This document shows, one piece after another, positions 18,149 to 27,027 of a stretch of 64,000 nucleotides of DNA. Position numbers and translations under genes: made by a program. Origin of the DNA: an uncultured Acidobacteriota bacterium (GTDB taxonomy: Bacteria; Acidobacteriota; Thermoanaerobaculia; Gp7-AA8); the NCBI GenBank assembly GCA_963822445.1, contig CAWGHO010000002.1, positions 2,400,001-2,464,000 on the forward strand, read 5' to 3'. Position 1 is the stretch's first letter; each line of letters opens with the position of its first letter. The notes below the pieces were generated by a model. It saw nothing but the letters and a program-made list of their open reading frames with translations, did not search any database and was not told the origin of the DNA.

Positions 18149-18379
18149 ATGAATTACGACCTGGCCATGATGGCTCTCGAGGGGATGGCGCGTGCGCCGA
18201 TGTCGCTGCGGGTGGAGGGTGGGGAAGTGGTGATCGAAGGGGAGGCGGCGTCGTTCAAGGAGCTGGCGCGGCTGTGCCTCCTGCTCGGTGGAACGCAGAC
18301 GACGAATGAAGAGTTCGAGCTCGCGCCCGGTGTTCACGTGACGCGCGAGTCGTTGAAATTACGACTCGTAATCCGGTGA
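18149..18379 (+). CDS. Hypothetical protein (76 aa)
   Basis: ATG ORF with typical codon usage filling the gap; 3' end overlaps the CBS gene by 21 bp. Confidence 0.6.
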   Translation: MNYDLAMMALEGMARAPMSLRVEGGEVVIEGEAASFKELARLCLLLGGTQTTNEEFELAPGVHVTRESLKLRLVIR

Positions 18380-18799
18380 GTAGGTCACCAGCTCGTTGAG
18401 GAACGTCGCTTTGCGGCGTTGATTGGCGTCGTCGACTTCGAGCAGATCGCGAATCGAGAGCATCCCCACGAGGTGCCCGTCTTCGACGACCGGCAGATGC
18501 CGGCAGCCGATCGACTGCATGGTCTCGAGCGCCGTGTCGATGTCCGCGCGCGGCTCGATCACCACCAGCTCGCGGGTCATGACCGATCCCACGGTCGTGC
18601 CGTCCGGATCGAGGCCCGCCGCCACGACGCGGGACATGATGTCGCGCTCGGAGAAGATGCCGCTCAGGGCACCCGCGTCGACCACCGCGCACGCGCCGAT
18701 GTTGCGGTCCGCCATCCGTTTCGCGGCGGCGCGCACGTTGTCGTCCGACTCGAGAATCGTCAGCGTCTGTCCCTCGATGAGCTCCGCGATCTGCTTCAT
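18359..18799 (-). CDS. CBS domain-pair protein
   Basis: MKQIAELI...MADRNIGACAVV..GIFSERDI...VMT...RHLPVV..GMLSIRDL; start 1 nt after sthA stop. Confidence 0.9.
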   Translation of the reverse strand: MKQIAELIEGQTLTILESDDNVRAAAKRMADRNIGACAVVDAGALSGIFSERDIMSRVVAAGLDPDGTTVGSVMTRELVVIEPRADIDTALETMQSIGCRHLPVVEDGHLVGMLSIRDLLEVDDANQRRKATFLNELVTYSPDYES

Positions 18800-18800
18800 C

Positions 18801-20180
18801 TCATCTCCTTCGTGCCACGTTTCCCAGGCCGTCGTAGGCCGCGTATTTGTACGCCTCGCTGAGCGTCGGAAAGTTGAATACGCAGTCGATGAATGCATTC
18901 AGCGTTCCGCCGAACTGCATGACCATCATCCCGACGTGCAGAAGCTCCGAGGCATTCTCTCCGACGATGTGCACGCCGAGCAACTTCAGCGTCTCGCGCT
19001 CGAAGATGATCTTGATGAGTCCCTTCGTGTCGCCGATGATCTGCCCGCGCGCATTGTTGCGGTACAGCGCTCGCCCCACCTCGTAATCGACCTGCTGTTC
19101 CTTGCACTGCTCCTCAGTCAACCCGACCGTCGAAACCTCGGGGATCGTGTAAATCCCGTACGGCAGGATCGAGGCGACGCGCGTTTTGTACTTGAGATCG
19201 AAGGCGTGAACCATGGCCACGCGGGCCTGTTCCATCGACGTGGAAGCGAGTGACGGAAAGCCGATGACGTCGCCGGCTGCGTAGATGTTCGGGACGTTGG
19301 TCTGATAGCTCTCGTTGACCGTGAGCAAGCCGCGCTCGCCGGCTTTTACTCCCGCTGCTTCGAGGTTGAGCGTCCCGACGTTGCTCGTCCGTCCGGCAGC
19401 GTACAGAACCTTCTCCGCGACGACGGTCGAACCGCTTTTCAGAATCAGCGAGACCTGGCCGCCACTCTTAACCACGGAGTCGACTTCGCAGCCGAGGTGG
19501 GCGATGACGCCGACGCGGCTCTCCATTTCCCGAAGCAGCAGATTGCCGATCTCCCGATCGATGAAGGGCAGCAGGTAAGGGCGGTTGTTGATGAGATGCA
19601 CTTCCACGCCGAGGGCGGCGAAGATCGAGGCGTATTCGCAGCCGATGACACCTGCGCCGACGACGGCCAGCGATTGGGGGATGCGGTCGAGGGCGAGGAT
19701 GGTGTCGCTGTCGAGAATGTGCTCGTCGTCGAAGGGAACATTCGGCGGGCGGAAGGGGGAGGAGCCGGTGGCGATGAGGATGATCTCGCCGCGGAGAACC
19801 TGATCCCCCACTTCGACTTCATGCGCGGAACGAAATTTCGCCTCGCCGCGGAAACGCTCGACGTTGTGCCGCTTGAGGTTCTCGTCGATGCGATTCCATT
19901 CGCGCTCGACGACGATCTGCTTGCGATGCATGAAGTCGGCGACGGTGATGTTGCGCCGGAGCTGCACGTCGACCGCGGCCAAAAACCCGCGCTGGCGCAT
20001 GCCCGAAAGGTGCAGCGCCGACTCGCGGAGGGTCTTCGACGGAACAGTGCCCGTGTTGACGCAAGCGCCGCCAAGGACCGGCTCCCGCTCGATCAACGCA
20101 ACGCGCTTCCCGAACCACGCCGCCTGCGCCGCGCCCTTCTCACCGGCCGGTCCGGAGCCGATGACGATGAGGTCGAACAT
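18801..20180 (-). CDS. sthA: Soluble pyridine nucleotide transhydrogenase
   Basis: GSGPAG FAD motif, GGACVNTGTVPSKTLRE (single-Cys CxxxGT), GAGVIGCE, FNFPTLSEAYK. Confidence 0.92.
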   Translation of the reverse strand: MFDLIVIGSGPAGEKGAAQAAWFGKRVALIEREPVLGGACVNTGTVPSKTLRESALHLSGMRQRGFLAAVDVQLRRNITVADFMHRKQIVVEREWNRIDENLKRHNVERFRGEAKFRSAHEVEVGDQVLRGEIILIATGSSPFRPPNVPFDDEHILDSDTILALDRIPQSLAVVGAGVIGCEYASIFAALGVEVHLINNRPYLLPFIDREIGNLLLREMESRVGVIAHLGCEVDSVVKSGGQVSLILKSGSTVVAEKVLYAAGRTSNVGTLNLEAAGVKAGERGLLTVNESYQTNVPNIYAAGDVIGFPSLASTSMEQARVAMVHAFDLKYKTRVASILPYGIYTIPEVSTVGLTEEQCKEQQVDYEVGRALYRNNARGQIIGDTKGLIKIIFERETLKLLGVHIVGENASELLHVGMMVMQFGGTLNAFIDCVFNFPTLSEAYKYAAYDGLGNVARRR

Positions 20181-20184
20181 GTTG

Positions 20185-20265
20185 GGTTACTAGGTTACGG
20201 GGTTGCGGGGTTACGAGGTGGATGAAAAACCCCGTAACCCCGAGACCTCGTAACCCCGCAACTCA
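20185..20265. repeat. Inverted octamer tandem arrays (GGTTACGR / GTAACCCC)
   Basis: Four units at 20185-20216, GGTGGATG, five units at 20226-20265; the last unit contains the apt stop codon. Confidence 0.85.
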
Positions 20266-20787
20266 ATATCGCAATAGCGAATGAAACCTCACTCCCGGAT
20301 CCAGCTTCGCGCGTCCGCCCAGAAACTCCAGCTCGATCACCGTTGCGGCTCCGACGAGGTTTGCGCCGAAGCCAGAGGCGAGGGTGGTGGCGGCGATGAG
20401 CGTGCCGCCGGTGGCCAGGACGTCGTCGATGACCAGGACGCGATCGTCGGCGGTCAGGGCGTCGTCGTGGATCTCCAGCGCGTCTTTGCCGTACTCGAGG
20501 ACGTATTCGTGGCGCCGCGTGGTCCAGGGGAGCTTGCCCGGCTTGCGGATGGGGACGAAGCCGGCGCCGAGCATCTGCGCGACGATGCTGCCGAAGATGA
20601 AACCGCGGGATTCGATTCCAGCGACGGCGGTGACGTCGGCATCGCGGAACGGCTCGGCCAGAAGCTCGCAGGTGCGCTCGAGCGCTCGCGGCGATTTGAG
20701 GAGCGGGGTGATGTCCTTGAACATGATCCCCGGCTTCGGGAAGTCGGGGACGTCGCGGACGAAGGTGTGGAGCTGTTCGATCTGCAT
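20263..20787 (-). CDS. apt: Adenine phosphoribosyltransferase
   Basis: VPDFPKPGIMFKDITPLL, GIESRGF, IRKPGKLP, LEYG, VIDDVLATGGT. Confidence 0.96.
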   Translation of the reverse strand: MQIEQLHTFVRDVPDFPKPGIMFKDITPLLKSPRALERTCELLAEPFRDADVTAVAGIESRGFIFGSIVAQMLGAGFVPIRKPGKLPWTTRRHEYVLEYGKDALEIHDDALTADDRVLVIDDVLATGGTLIAATTLASGFGANLVGAATVIELEFLGGRAKLDPGVRFHSLLRY

Positions 20788-21062
20788 CAGAACTTCACAT
20801 CGAAGTCCGGCAGCTTGCCGGTGAAATCCTTCGACTCCTGATCGATCGACGTGACCTCGGCGTACCGCGGTCCTTCCTTCAACTCCTCGAGCCACTCATC
20901 GATGGCCTTCTTCTCACCTTCGACGAGCGCCTCGACCGTGCCGTCGCGGTTGTTCTGAATCCAGCCCTTGAGGCCCATGCGACGTGCGACGCGCGTGGCG
21001 AAGAAACGGTACCCGACGCCCTGCACTTTGCCGTTGATCTTGACGTGCCGCTGTTCCTTCAT
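20787..21062 (-). CDS. acyP: Acylphosphatase
   Basis: GKVQGVGYR, GWIQNNRDGTVE, EGP. Confidence 0.95.
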   Translation of the reverse strand: MKEQRHVKINGKVQGVGYRFFATRVARRMGLKGWIQNNRDGTVEALVEGEKKAIDEWLEELKEGPRYAEVTSIDQESKDFTGKLPDFDVKF

Positions 21063-21083
21063 GAGGCGGGGATGATAGCAGGC

Positions 21084-21554
21084 TCACCGCCGGCGCTTGG
21101 TCGTCTTCTTCTTCGCCGGTGGCTTCCTCGACGGCGTGATTTTCAGGACCGGTTTTGGAGCAGGCGGCGGCGCCTGCACGGTCACGACTTTCGGCGGAGC
21201 GTTGCGGATGTCGGTGACGCTTTTCTGGAGGTCGGCGATCAGCTTGTTCTGCTGCGCGGTCTGCGTGCGGAGCAGGGCCAGCTCGCGCTCGACTTTCTGG
21301 CGATCGGCCTCGGTCAGCGCGATCAGGGCGATCGTCGCCGCGGCCGCGGCATCGGTGCGCGGGTATTGCTGCACGATCGAGGAGAGCTTCTTCCGCGCGT
21401 CGGCGTTGTTCTTCTTCTCGATATCGGCCTTTGCGTCCTTGAGCAGCGAATCGGCGCGAAGGTCGTTGGGGACGGACAGCATCAGGTAGACGACCACCGC
21501 GCCGAGAATGGACGAGACGATCCCGGTGAGGATGAGAAGGGGTTTGATTCTCAT
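21084..21554 (-). CDS. Membrane-anchored protein with one TPR-like repeat, a coiled coil and a Pro/Lys-rich tail
   Basis: MRIKPLLILTGIV... TM; ARKKLSSIVQQYPRTDAAA. Confidence 0.7.
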   Translation of the reverse strand: MRIKPLLILTGIVSSILGAVVVYLMLSVPNDLRADSLLKDAKADIEKKNNADARKKLSSIVQQYPRTDAAAAATIALIALTEADRQKVERELALLRTQTAQQNKLIADLQKSVTDIRNAPPKVVTVQAPPPAPKPVLKITPSRKPPAKKKTTKRRR

Positions 21555-21561
21555 GACGGGA

Positions 21562-22242
21562 TTACTCCCGCCAGCCGAACTTGCCCACCAGCGGAACGAA
21601 CTCCGCGTCGCCGTGGTCCTCGACTTTGATCCCCGTGCCAACGCGCGTCACCCGCGCGAGACGTTGCTTGCCGGTCGGGCCGATCGGCATCACCAGCTTG
21701 CCGGTGCGCACGAGCTGCTGCACCAGCGGCTCGGGCACTTCCGGCCCGGCCGCGGCGATGATGATCCGGTCGAAAGGCGCCTGATCCGACCAGCCGTACG
21801 TCCCATCGAACACCTTCACGGAGATGTTGTGAATCCTCAGGGCGCGGAACGTCTCTGACGCTCGCAGCGCCAGTTCGTTGATCCGTTCGATGGTGAAGAC
21901 TCTCGTACACAGCTTCGACAGTACTGCCGCCTGATATCCCGTTCCCGTGCCAATCTCCAGGACCTTTTCCTTCCCGCTGAGCTCGAGCAGCTCGATCATG
22001 CGGGCCACGATGTAGGGCTGGGAGATGGTCTGCTTCGCGCCGATCGGCAGCGCGCCGGGGCCGTAGGCCTTCGACGCGACGACCTGGGGGACGAAGCGAT
22101 GGCGGGGGACCTCGCGCATGGCGTCGAGGATCCGCTTGTCCTGAATGCCGCGCGCGGCCACGTGCCGCTCCACCATGAGCGCCCGCTGGTGGGCGTGCTC
22201 GCGCTCCTGATCAGCGTTTCGCGGCGGCGGCGAAGTGGCCAA
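21562..22242 (-). CDS. pcm: Protein-L-isoaspartate O-methyltransferase
   Basis: VPRHRFV, QTISQPYIVA, VLEIGTGTGYQAA, APFDRII, FVPL; follows surE. Confidence 0.95.
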   Translation of the reverse strand: MATSPPPRNADQEREHAHQRALMVERHVAARGIQDKRILDAMREVPRHRFVPQVVASKAYGPGALPIGAKQTISQPYIVARMIELLELSGKEKVLEIGTGTGYQAAVLSKLCTRVFTIERINELALRASETFRALRIHNISVKVFDGTYGWSDQAPFDRIIIAAAGPEVPEPLVQQLVRTGKLVMPIGPTGKQRLARVTRVGTGIKVEDHGDAEFVPLVGKFGWRE

Positions 22243-22981
22243 GGGTCTCCTCGAGCGGCTTGAGTCGAACGAGCGACTCGTGATGGGTCAGGTCGAGGTG
22301 CAGCGGGGTGATGGAGATGTAGCCGGCCTGGATGGCCTCGAAGTCCGTGTCTTCGCCGGGATGCCAGATCGGAGGCTCGCCGCCGATCCAGTAGTACTTG
22401 CGGCCGCGGGGATCGAGGCGCTCGATGACCCCTTCCGAATAGATGCGCTTGCCGAGCTTGGCGACTTTCACGCCGGCGAACTCACCGACGGGGAAGTTCA
22501 CGTTGAGGACGATGCTCGGGTCTTTGTGCTGCTCGAGCATCACCTTGACCAGCTCCCCCGCGAACTGCGCGCAGGGATCGAACGAAAAGTGCTTGCCGAC
22601 CAGCGCCGAGAAGGCGATGGAGGGGATGTTCAGCAGCGCGCCTTCGAACGCCGCGGAGATCGTGCCGGAGTAGGTCACATCGTCGCCGAGGTTCGGGCCG
22701 AAGTTGATGCCGGAGACGACCAGGTCGGGCCGCTTTTCCTTCATCAGCTTGAGCACGGCCAGGTTCACGCAGTCGCTGGGCGTGCCGTCGACGACCCACT
22801 CGTTCGTCTCCACTTCCAGGAGCCGCAGCGGCCGATTGAGGGTCAGCGCGTGCGACGCGGCGCTCTGCTCGCGGTCGGGCGCGACGATGGTGACGTCGCC
22901 GAGGAGGCGGCAGGCGTCGGCCAGCTTGCGCAGACCTTCGCTGTAGATCCCGTCGTCGTTGGTGACCAGAATGCGGGGCAT
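22211..22981 (-). CDS. surE: 5'/3'-nucleotidase SurE
   Basis: ILVTNDDG, DGTPSDCV, SGINFGPNLG, YSGT. Confidence 0.96.
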   Translation of the reverse strand: MPRILVTNDDGIYSEGLRKLADACRLLGDVTIVAPDREQSAASHALTLNRPLRLLEVETNEWVVDGTPSDCVNLAVLKLMKEKRPDLVVSGINFGPNLGDDVTYSGTISAAFEGALLNIPSIAFSALVGKHFSFDPCAQFAGELVKVMLEQHKDPSIVLNVNFPVGEFAGVKVAKLGKRIYSEGVIERLDPRGRKYYWIGGEPPIWHPGEDTDFEAIQAGYISITPLHLDLTHHESLVRLKPLEETLGHFAAAAKR

Positions 22982-23024
22982 GGACGCGCGGATGATATCA
23001 ACGGGTGGGCGTCGTTCAGGCGCC

Positions 23025-23153
23025 TCATCGCGGCGACGCTTGGTGCTGGCGCTGGATCATGACCAACGTCTTGTGCAGATGCGTCATCACCAGCGCGAAC
23101 CCGAGCAGGAGCAGCAGGCCCATGATGCGCACCGCCCACTTGTTGTAGTTCAT
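23025..23153 (-). CDS. Small single-TM protein (42 aa), below the ORF-track cutoff
   Basis: MNYNKWAVRIMGLLLLLGFALVMTHLHKTLVMIQRQHQASPR*; ATG overlaps the pdxA TGA. Confidence 0.65.
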   Translation of the reverse strand: MNYNKWAVRIMGLLLLLGFALVMTHLHKTLVMIQRQHQASPR

Positions 23154-24004
23154 CGCGCGAACCTCGCCGCCCATTCGATCGCATAGCGCATCGGCGCCGC
23201 GTCGGCGATGCCTTTGCCGGCGATGTCGAAGGCCGTGCCGTGATCGACGGACACGCGCAGGTACGGCAGGCCGATGGTCACGTTGACGGACTGTTCGAAA
23301 GCGAGGGTCTTGATGGGGATCAGCCCCTGGTCGTGGTACATGGCCAGGACCACATCGTACCTGCCATTCGTGGCCGCGAGAAAGACGGTGTCCGGCGGAT
23401 GCGGCCCGCTGACCTCCAGGCCCGCCGCGCGGGCGAGCTCCACTCCGTGAGCGATCTCCGTTTCCTCGTCCCCGAACTTTCCCCCTTCACCCGCATGCGG
23501 ATTCACACCCGCGACGGCGATGCGCGGCGCGGCGCCGTAGAGCCGCGCGTATTCGCGAGTCATCAGCTTCGCCAGCGCGGCGATCGATTCGGCATCGATC
23601 AGCGTCAAAGCCTCGCGCAAGGGCACGTGCACGCTGAGCAGGACGGTCTTGAGACGCGGCGAGTCGAAGTACATCGCGTAGTCGTACGCGTATCGCTTCA
23701 AACCTGCGCGTTCAGCCAGCAGCTCCGTGTGTCCTGGATGCGTCGACCCGGCCAGGGCGATCGATTGCTTGTGAATGGGGGCGGTGACCAGCGCCGAGCA
23801 TTCGCCGCGCTCGATCGCACCGATGGCCTCATCGATTGCGTTCAGCGCGACGCGGCCGTACTCCGCGGAGATCTCGCCGTAGCGCACCGGCCCGGAGATC
23901 GCGCCGAACAAGCGCACGGGGACGTCCAGACCAGAGAGGGCCTTCTCGACGACTTCCGCTCCGATGCCGGCCGGGTCGCCGAGGGTGATGGCGAGGGGCT
24001 TCAC
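23150..24004 (-). CDS. pdxA: 4-hydroxythreonine-4-phosphate dehydrogenase (PdxA family)
   Basis: ITLGDPAGIGAE, TAPIHK, GHTE, NPHAGE, MYHDQG, RVSVDHGTAFDIAGKG. Confidence 0.93.
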   Translation of the reverse strand: MKPLAITLGDPAGIGAEVVEKALSGLDVPVRLFGAISGPVRYGEISAEYGRVALNAIDEAIGAIERGECSALVTAPIHKQSIALAGSTHPGHTELLAERAGLKRYAYDYAMYFDSPRLKTVLLSVHVPLREALTLIDAESIAALAKLMTREYARLYGAAPRIAVAGVNPHAGEGGKFGDEETEIAHGVELARAAGLEVSGPHPPDTVFLAATNGRYDVVLAMYHDQGLIPIKTLAFEQSVNVTIGLPYLRVSVDHGTAFDIAGKGIADAAPMRYAIEWAARFAR

Positions 24005-24019
24005 ACCGCGATCTTAGCT

Positions 24020-24124
24020 GGAACGCTGGCGTCCTCGCCGGCTGTACCGCAGGCGTCTCGCCGGCTTCTCTCCGTGGTGCCGGCGGGACGCCGGCGCAAC
24101 AGCCGGCGAGGACGCCAGCGCTCC
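24020..24124. repeat. Nested REP-like palindrome
   Basis: Perfect 22 bp inverted repeat 24024-24045 / 24099-24120 enclosing a second pair, GGCGTCTCGCCGGC / GCCGGCGGGACGCC. Confidence 0.85.
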
Positions 24125-24168
24125 GGATGCAGGCGCCTGCGCTCCGGGCGAGCGCCGTTCCGGCGGCG

Positions 24169-24531
24169 TTACGCGGTCGTGAGCTCTTCCTGCTTGAACA
24201 GGTACTTGATGCAGTGCTTCTGAATCAGCAGGTTCGGCGCGCCTTCGCGGTTCACCTTCAGGCAGGACTTGTCGTACCACTCGATCCAGCCCTGGATCTG
24301 TTCGCCGTCGGTCATGACGATGACCATCGGCGTCTTGGAGTTCATCTGCTTGAGGTAGTAGAAATTCTCGGCGTTGGTGTTCTCGGGCGGCGCGGCCTTG
24401 GCGTAGCGGCCGCCGTTTCCGTTGCCGTTTCCATTCGGCTTAGCGCGCTTGAAGTCCGTGAACGACCGGAACGCCCGCCTTCCGTTGACCTGGTTGCCTT
24501 CCACTTCATGCGGTCTGCTGGACACTGGCAT
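24169..24531 (-). CDS. Hfq/Sm-like RNA chaperone paralog with N-terminal extension
   Basis: [37 protein letters not shown]...[10 protein letters not shown] aligns with Hfq Sm1/Sm2; GGAGGT RBS before ATG24531. Confidence 0.8.
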   Translation of the reverse strand: MPVSSRPHEVEGNQVNGRRAFRSFTDFKRAKPNGNGNGNGGRYAKAAPPENTNAENFYYLKQMNSKTPMVIVMTDGEQIQGWIEWYDKSCLKVNREGAPNLLIQKHCIKYLFKQEELTTA

Positions 24532-24653
24532 CGCCGACCTCCGTTTTCCCCGCGCCTTTTTTGGTGAACCCTTTGTGTTGCGCAAGCGCACTGCGAACCG
24601 CGTGCCGTTGTTGCGGCGGATGCCCGTTTTACCTAGAATGGCCGCCCGATTTG

Positions 24654-24704
24654 GGGTTGCTTCTTCCCGCCAGGCAACCCAGCAACCCAGCTACCTAGCA
24701 ACCA
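24654..24704. repeat. Octamer tandem array (AGCAACCC x4) with one inverted unit
   Basis: ggcaaccc-agcaaccc-agctacct-agcaacca at 24673-24704; GGGTTGCT at 24654-24661. Confidence 0.7.
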
Positions 24705-24723
24705 GGGATTTCTGGAGGTTCGA

Positions 24724-25503
24724 TTGAGCTCCGTCGTTTGCATCAGCCACGTTCCCGATACCGAGTCGCGCATCAAAGTCGCGGCGGACGGTCGCAAGAT
24801 CGACGAGACCGGTCTGAAGTTCATCGTCTCGCCATATGACGAGTTCGCGCTCGAAGAAGCCATCCGCCTGAAGGAAAAGTCGGGCGGCGACGTCACGGTC
24901 ATCACCTTCGGTCCCGATCGCGCGCAGCAGGGCCTGCGCGAGGCGCTGGCCCGCGGCGCCACGAAAGCCCTGCACGTGAAAGGCGAGTCGAGCGACGCGG
25001 ACTCCCTCGGCGTCGCCAAGGTCCTCGCCGCGGCCATCAAGACCGTCGAGCACGATCTCGTGTTCCTCGGCAAGCAGGGCGTCGGCACGGACAACGCCCT
25101 GGTCGGCCCGATGCTCGCGGAGCTGCTCGGCTATCCGCAGGTCAACGTCATCACGCATCTCGAGATCGGCGAAGGCAAGCTGACCGCGCATCGCGAGATC
25201 GAGGGCGCGGAAGAAGTAATCGAGGCGCCGACGCCGGCGGTCGTGACCGCGCAGAAGGGCCTCAACGAGCCGCGTTACGCGTCGCTCAAAGGGATCATGG
25301 CCGCGAAGAAGATCGCCATCGACACGAAGACAGTCGCCGACCTCGGCCTCGACGAAGCCGATGTCTTCAACCAGCGCGTGAGCGTCGTGAAGCTCGAGAT
25401 GCCCGCCGAGAAGAGCGGCGGCCGGAAGATCGACGGCGCCGACGCGGCCGCGGCGGCGAAAGAGATCGTGAAGTACATCAAAGAAGAAGCGAAGGCGCTG
25501 TAG
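24724..25503 (+). CDS. etfB: Electron transfer flavoprotein beta subunit
   Basis: VPDT, SPYDEFALEEAIRLKE, GKQ, NEPRYASLKGIMAAKK. Confidence 0.95.
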   Translation: MSSVVCISHVPDTESRIKVAADGRKIDETGLKFIVSPYDEFALEEAIRLKEKSGGDVTVITFGPDRAQQGLREALARGATKALHVKGESSDADSLGVAKVLAAAIKTVEHDLVFLGKQGVGTDNALVGPMLAELLGYPQVNVITHLEIGEGKLTAHREIEGAEEVIEAPTPAVVTAQKGLNEPRYASLKGIMAAKKIAIDTKTVADLGLDEADVFNQRVSVVKLEMPAEKSGGRKIDGADAAAAAKEIVKYIKEEAKAL

Positions 25504-25512
25504 GAGACCGAC

Positions 25513-26466
25513 ATGCCTGGTGTTCTCGTTTTCACCGAATCAAAAGAAGGCAGGCTGAAGAAAGCCTCGCGTGAAGCACTGTCGATCGGCCGCAAACTGG
25601 CCGAGGCCGCAGGCGGAGATCTGATCGCTTTCGCCAGCGACACCGGTGCGGCCGAGGAAGCGGGCAAGTACGGCGCGAAGAAGGTCTACGTCGGCGGCTC
25701 GGCGCAATACACGACCGAGGCGTTCACCGCGGATCTCGTGCAGGTCGCGAAGGACGTGCAGCCCGCGATTCTGTTGCTGGGCGGCACTTCGAACGGACGC
25801 GATCTCGCGCCGCGCGTCGCCGCACGGCTGAACGTCGGCGTGGCCTCGGATGTCGATCGCCTCGAGTGGACCGACGGCAAGTTGCGCGCGCGGCGCCCCG
25901 TGTACTCCGGCAAGGTCTTCGCGACCGTCGACGTGACAGGGACTCCCGCCATCGCCACGACGCGTCCCAACGCGTTTCCTGCAGAAGAAGCGGGCGGCGG
26001 TGCGGCGGAGGTCGTTAACGTGACGTCGTCCGCTGCCGATCGCGTGAAGGTCGTGGAGACAAAGACTCCGGAAGCCGGCGAGCTGTCGATCGCCGAAGCG
26101 GACATCATCGTCAGCGGCGGGCGCGGTCTGAAGGAAGCGACGAACTTCTCGGTGATTCGGGATCTCGCGCATGCCATCGGCGGCGCGGTCGGCGCATCAC
26201 GCGCGACGGTGGACGCGGGATGGATCGATCACCAGCACCAGGTCGGCCAGACCGGCCGCGTGGTCAGCCCGAACGTCTACATCGCCGCGGGCGTGTCAGG
26301 CGCGATTCAGCACCTGGCGGGCATGTCGTCGTCGAAGCACATCATCGCCATCAACAAGGATCCCGAGGCGCCGATCTTCCGCATCGCCGACCTGGGCGTG
26401 GTTGGAGATCTCTTCCAGATCCTGCCGGCGCTGACCGAGGAAGTGAAGAAAGCGAAAGCGCACTAA
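25513..26466 (+). CDS. etfA: Electron transfer flavoprotein alpha subunit
   Basis: IIVSGGRG, VGASRA, QVGQTG, GVSGAIQHLAGM, AINKDPEAPIF. Confidence 0.96.
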   Translation: MPGVLVFTESKEGRLKKASREALSIGRKLAEAAGGDLIAFASDTGAAEEAGKYGAKKVYVGGSAQYTTEAFTADLVQVAKDVQPAILLLGGTSNGRDLAPRVAARLNVGVASDVDRLEWTDGKLRARRPVYSGKVFATVDVTGTPAIATTRPNAFPAEEAGGGAAEVVNVTSSAADRVKVVETKTPEAGELSIAEADIIVSGGRGLKEATNFSVIRDLAHAIGGAVGASRATVDAGWIDHQHQVGQTGRVVSPNVYIAAGVSGAIQHLAGMSSSKHIIAINKDPEAPIFRIADLGVVGDLFQILPALTEEVKKAKAH

Positions 26467-26990
26467 GGCTGCGGCGGGGGAGGCGGCGTCGGGCTATCGG
26501 GCGAACCGTACGGGCCTTCACCCTCGACCAGCGATTCGGTGAGAGCCATGCCCGCGCCGATGGACGACGGAATGGCGTTCTCCTCGGCACCGCAGTTCAT
26601 CGTGATCTTGATGACGTGACGCGCGAACGGTGACTCGCAGTTGGCGCTCACGCGCGAACGGTACATGCGCGCGCTGCGGGCCATGACCTGGCGTCCGTCG
26701 AGGAGCACGAAGAAGTATTCGATCTCGTCGCCGTTATCGAACTTCGGAAGGACCACGCGCGAGAGCGGACCTTCGTTCGTTCCCTCCACCGAGCACCAGT
26801 CGGTGGTGTTCACGCGGCGGAAGTAGGCGCGAAGCTCGCCCTCGCCGGCCACGTCGACCTGCAGGAGCGCGAGCTCACCGCCTTTGACGCAGCTGATCGG
26901 GGAGAACGTCAGGACAGGCTTCTGCGGCTGTGCACCGGCGGTGAGCGCGGCGACAGCAACGAGAGCGATGAGCACGATGCGAGTCTTCAT
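26463..26990 (-). CDS. Secreted hypothetical protein with Ser/Pro-rich tail
   Basis: MKTRIVLIALVAVAALTAGA signal peptide; 4 Cys; ends GSPDSPTPPPPPQP. Confidence 0.75.
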   Translation of the reverse strand: MKTRIVLIALVAVAALTAGAQPQKPVLTFSPISCVKGGELALLQVDVAGEGELRAYFRRVNTTDWCSVEGTNEGPLSRVVLPKFDNGDEIEYFFVLLDGRQVMARSARMYRSRVSANCESPFARHVIKITMNCGAEENAIPSSIGAGMALTESLVEGEGPYGSPDSPTPPPPPQP

Positions 26991-27027
26991 GGTGGGTTCC
27001 CCGATTAGCGACGTCGAAAATTCTACG

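Noticed and set aside
24412-24436. Microsatellite-like tract in the Hfq-like gene
   Set aside because: Imperfect at DNA level and explained by the in-frame Asn-Gly repeat
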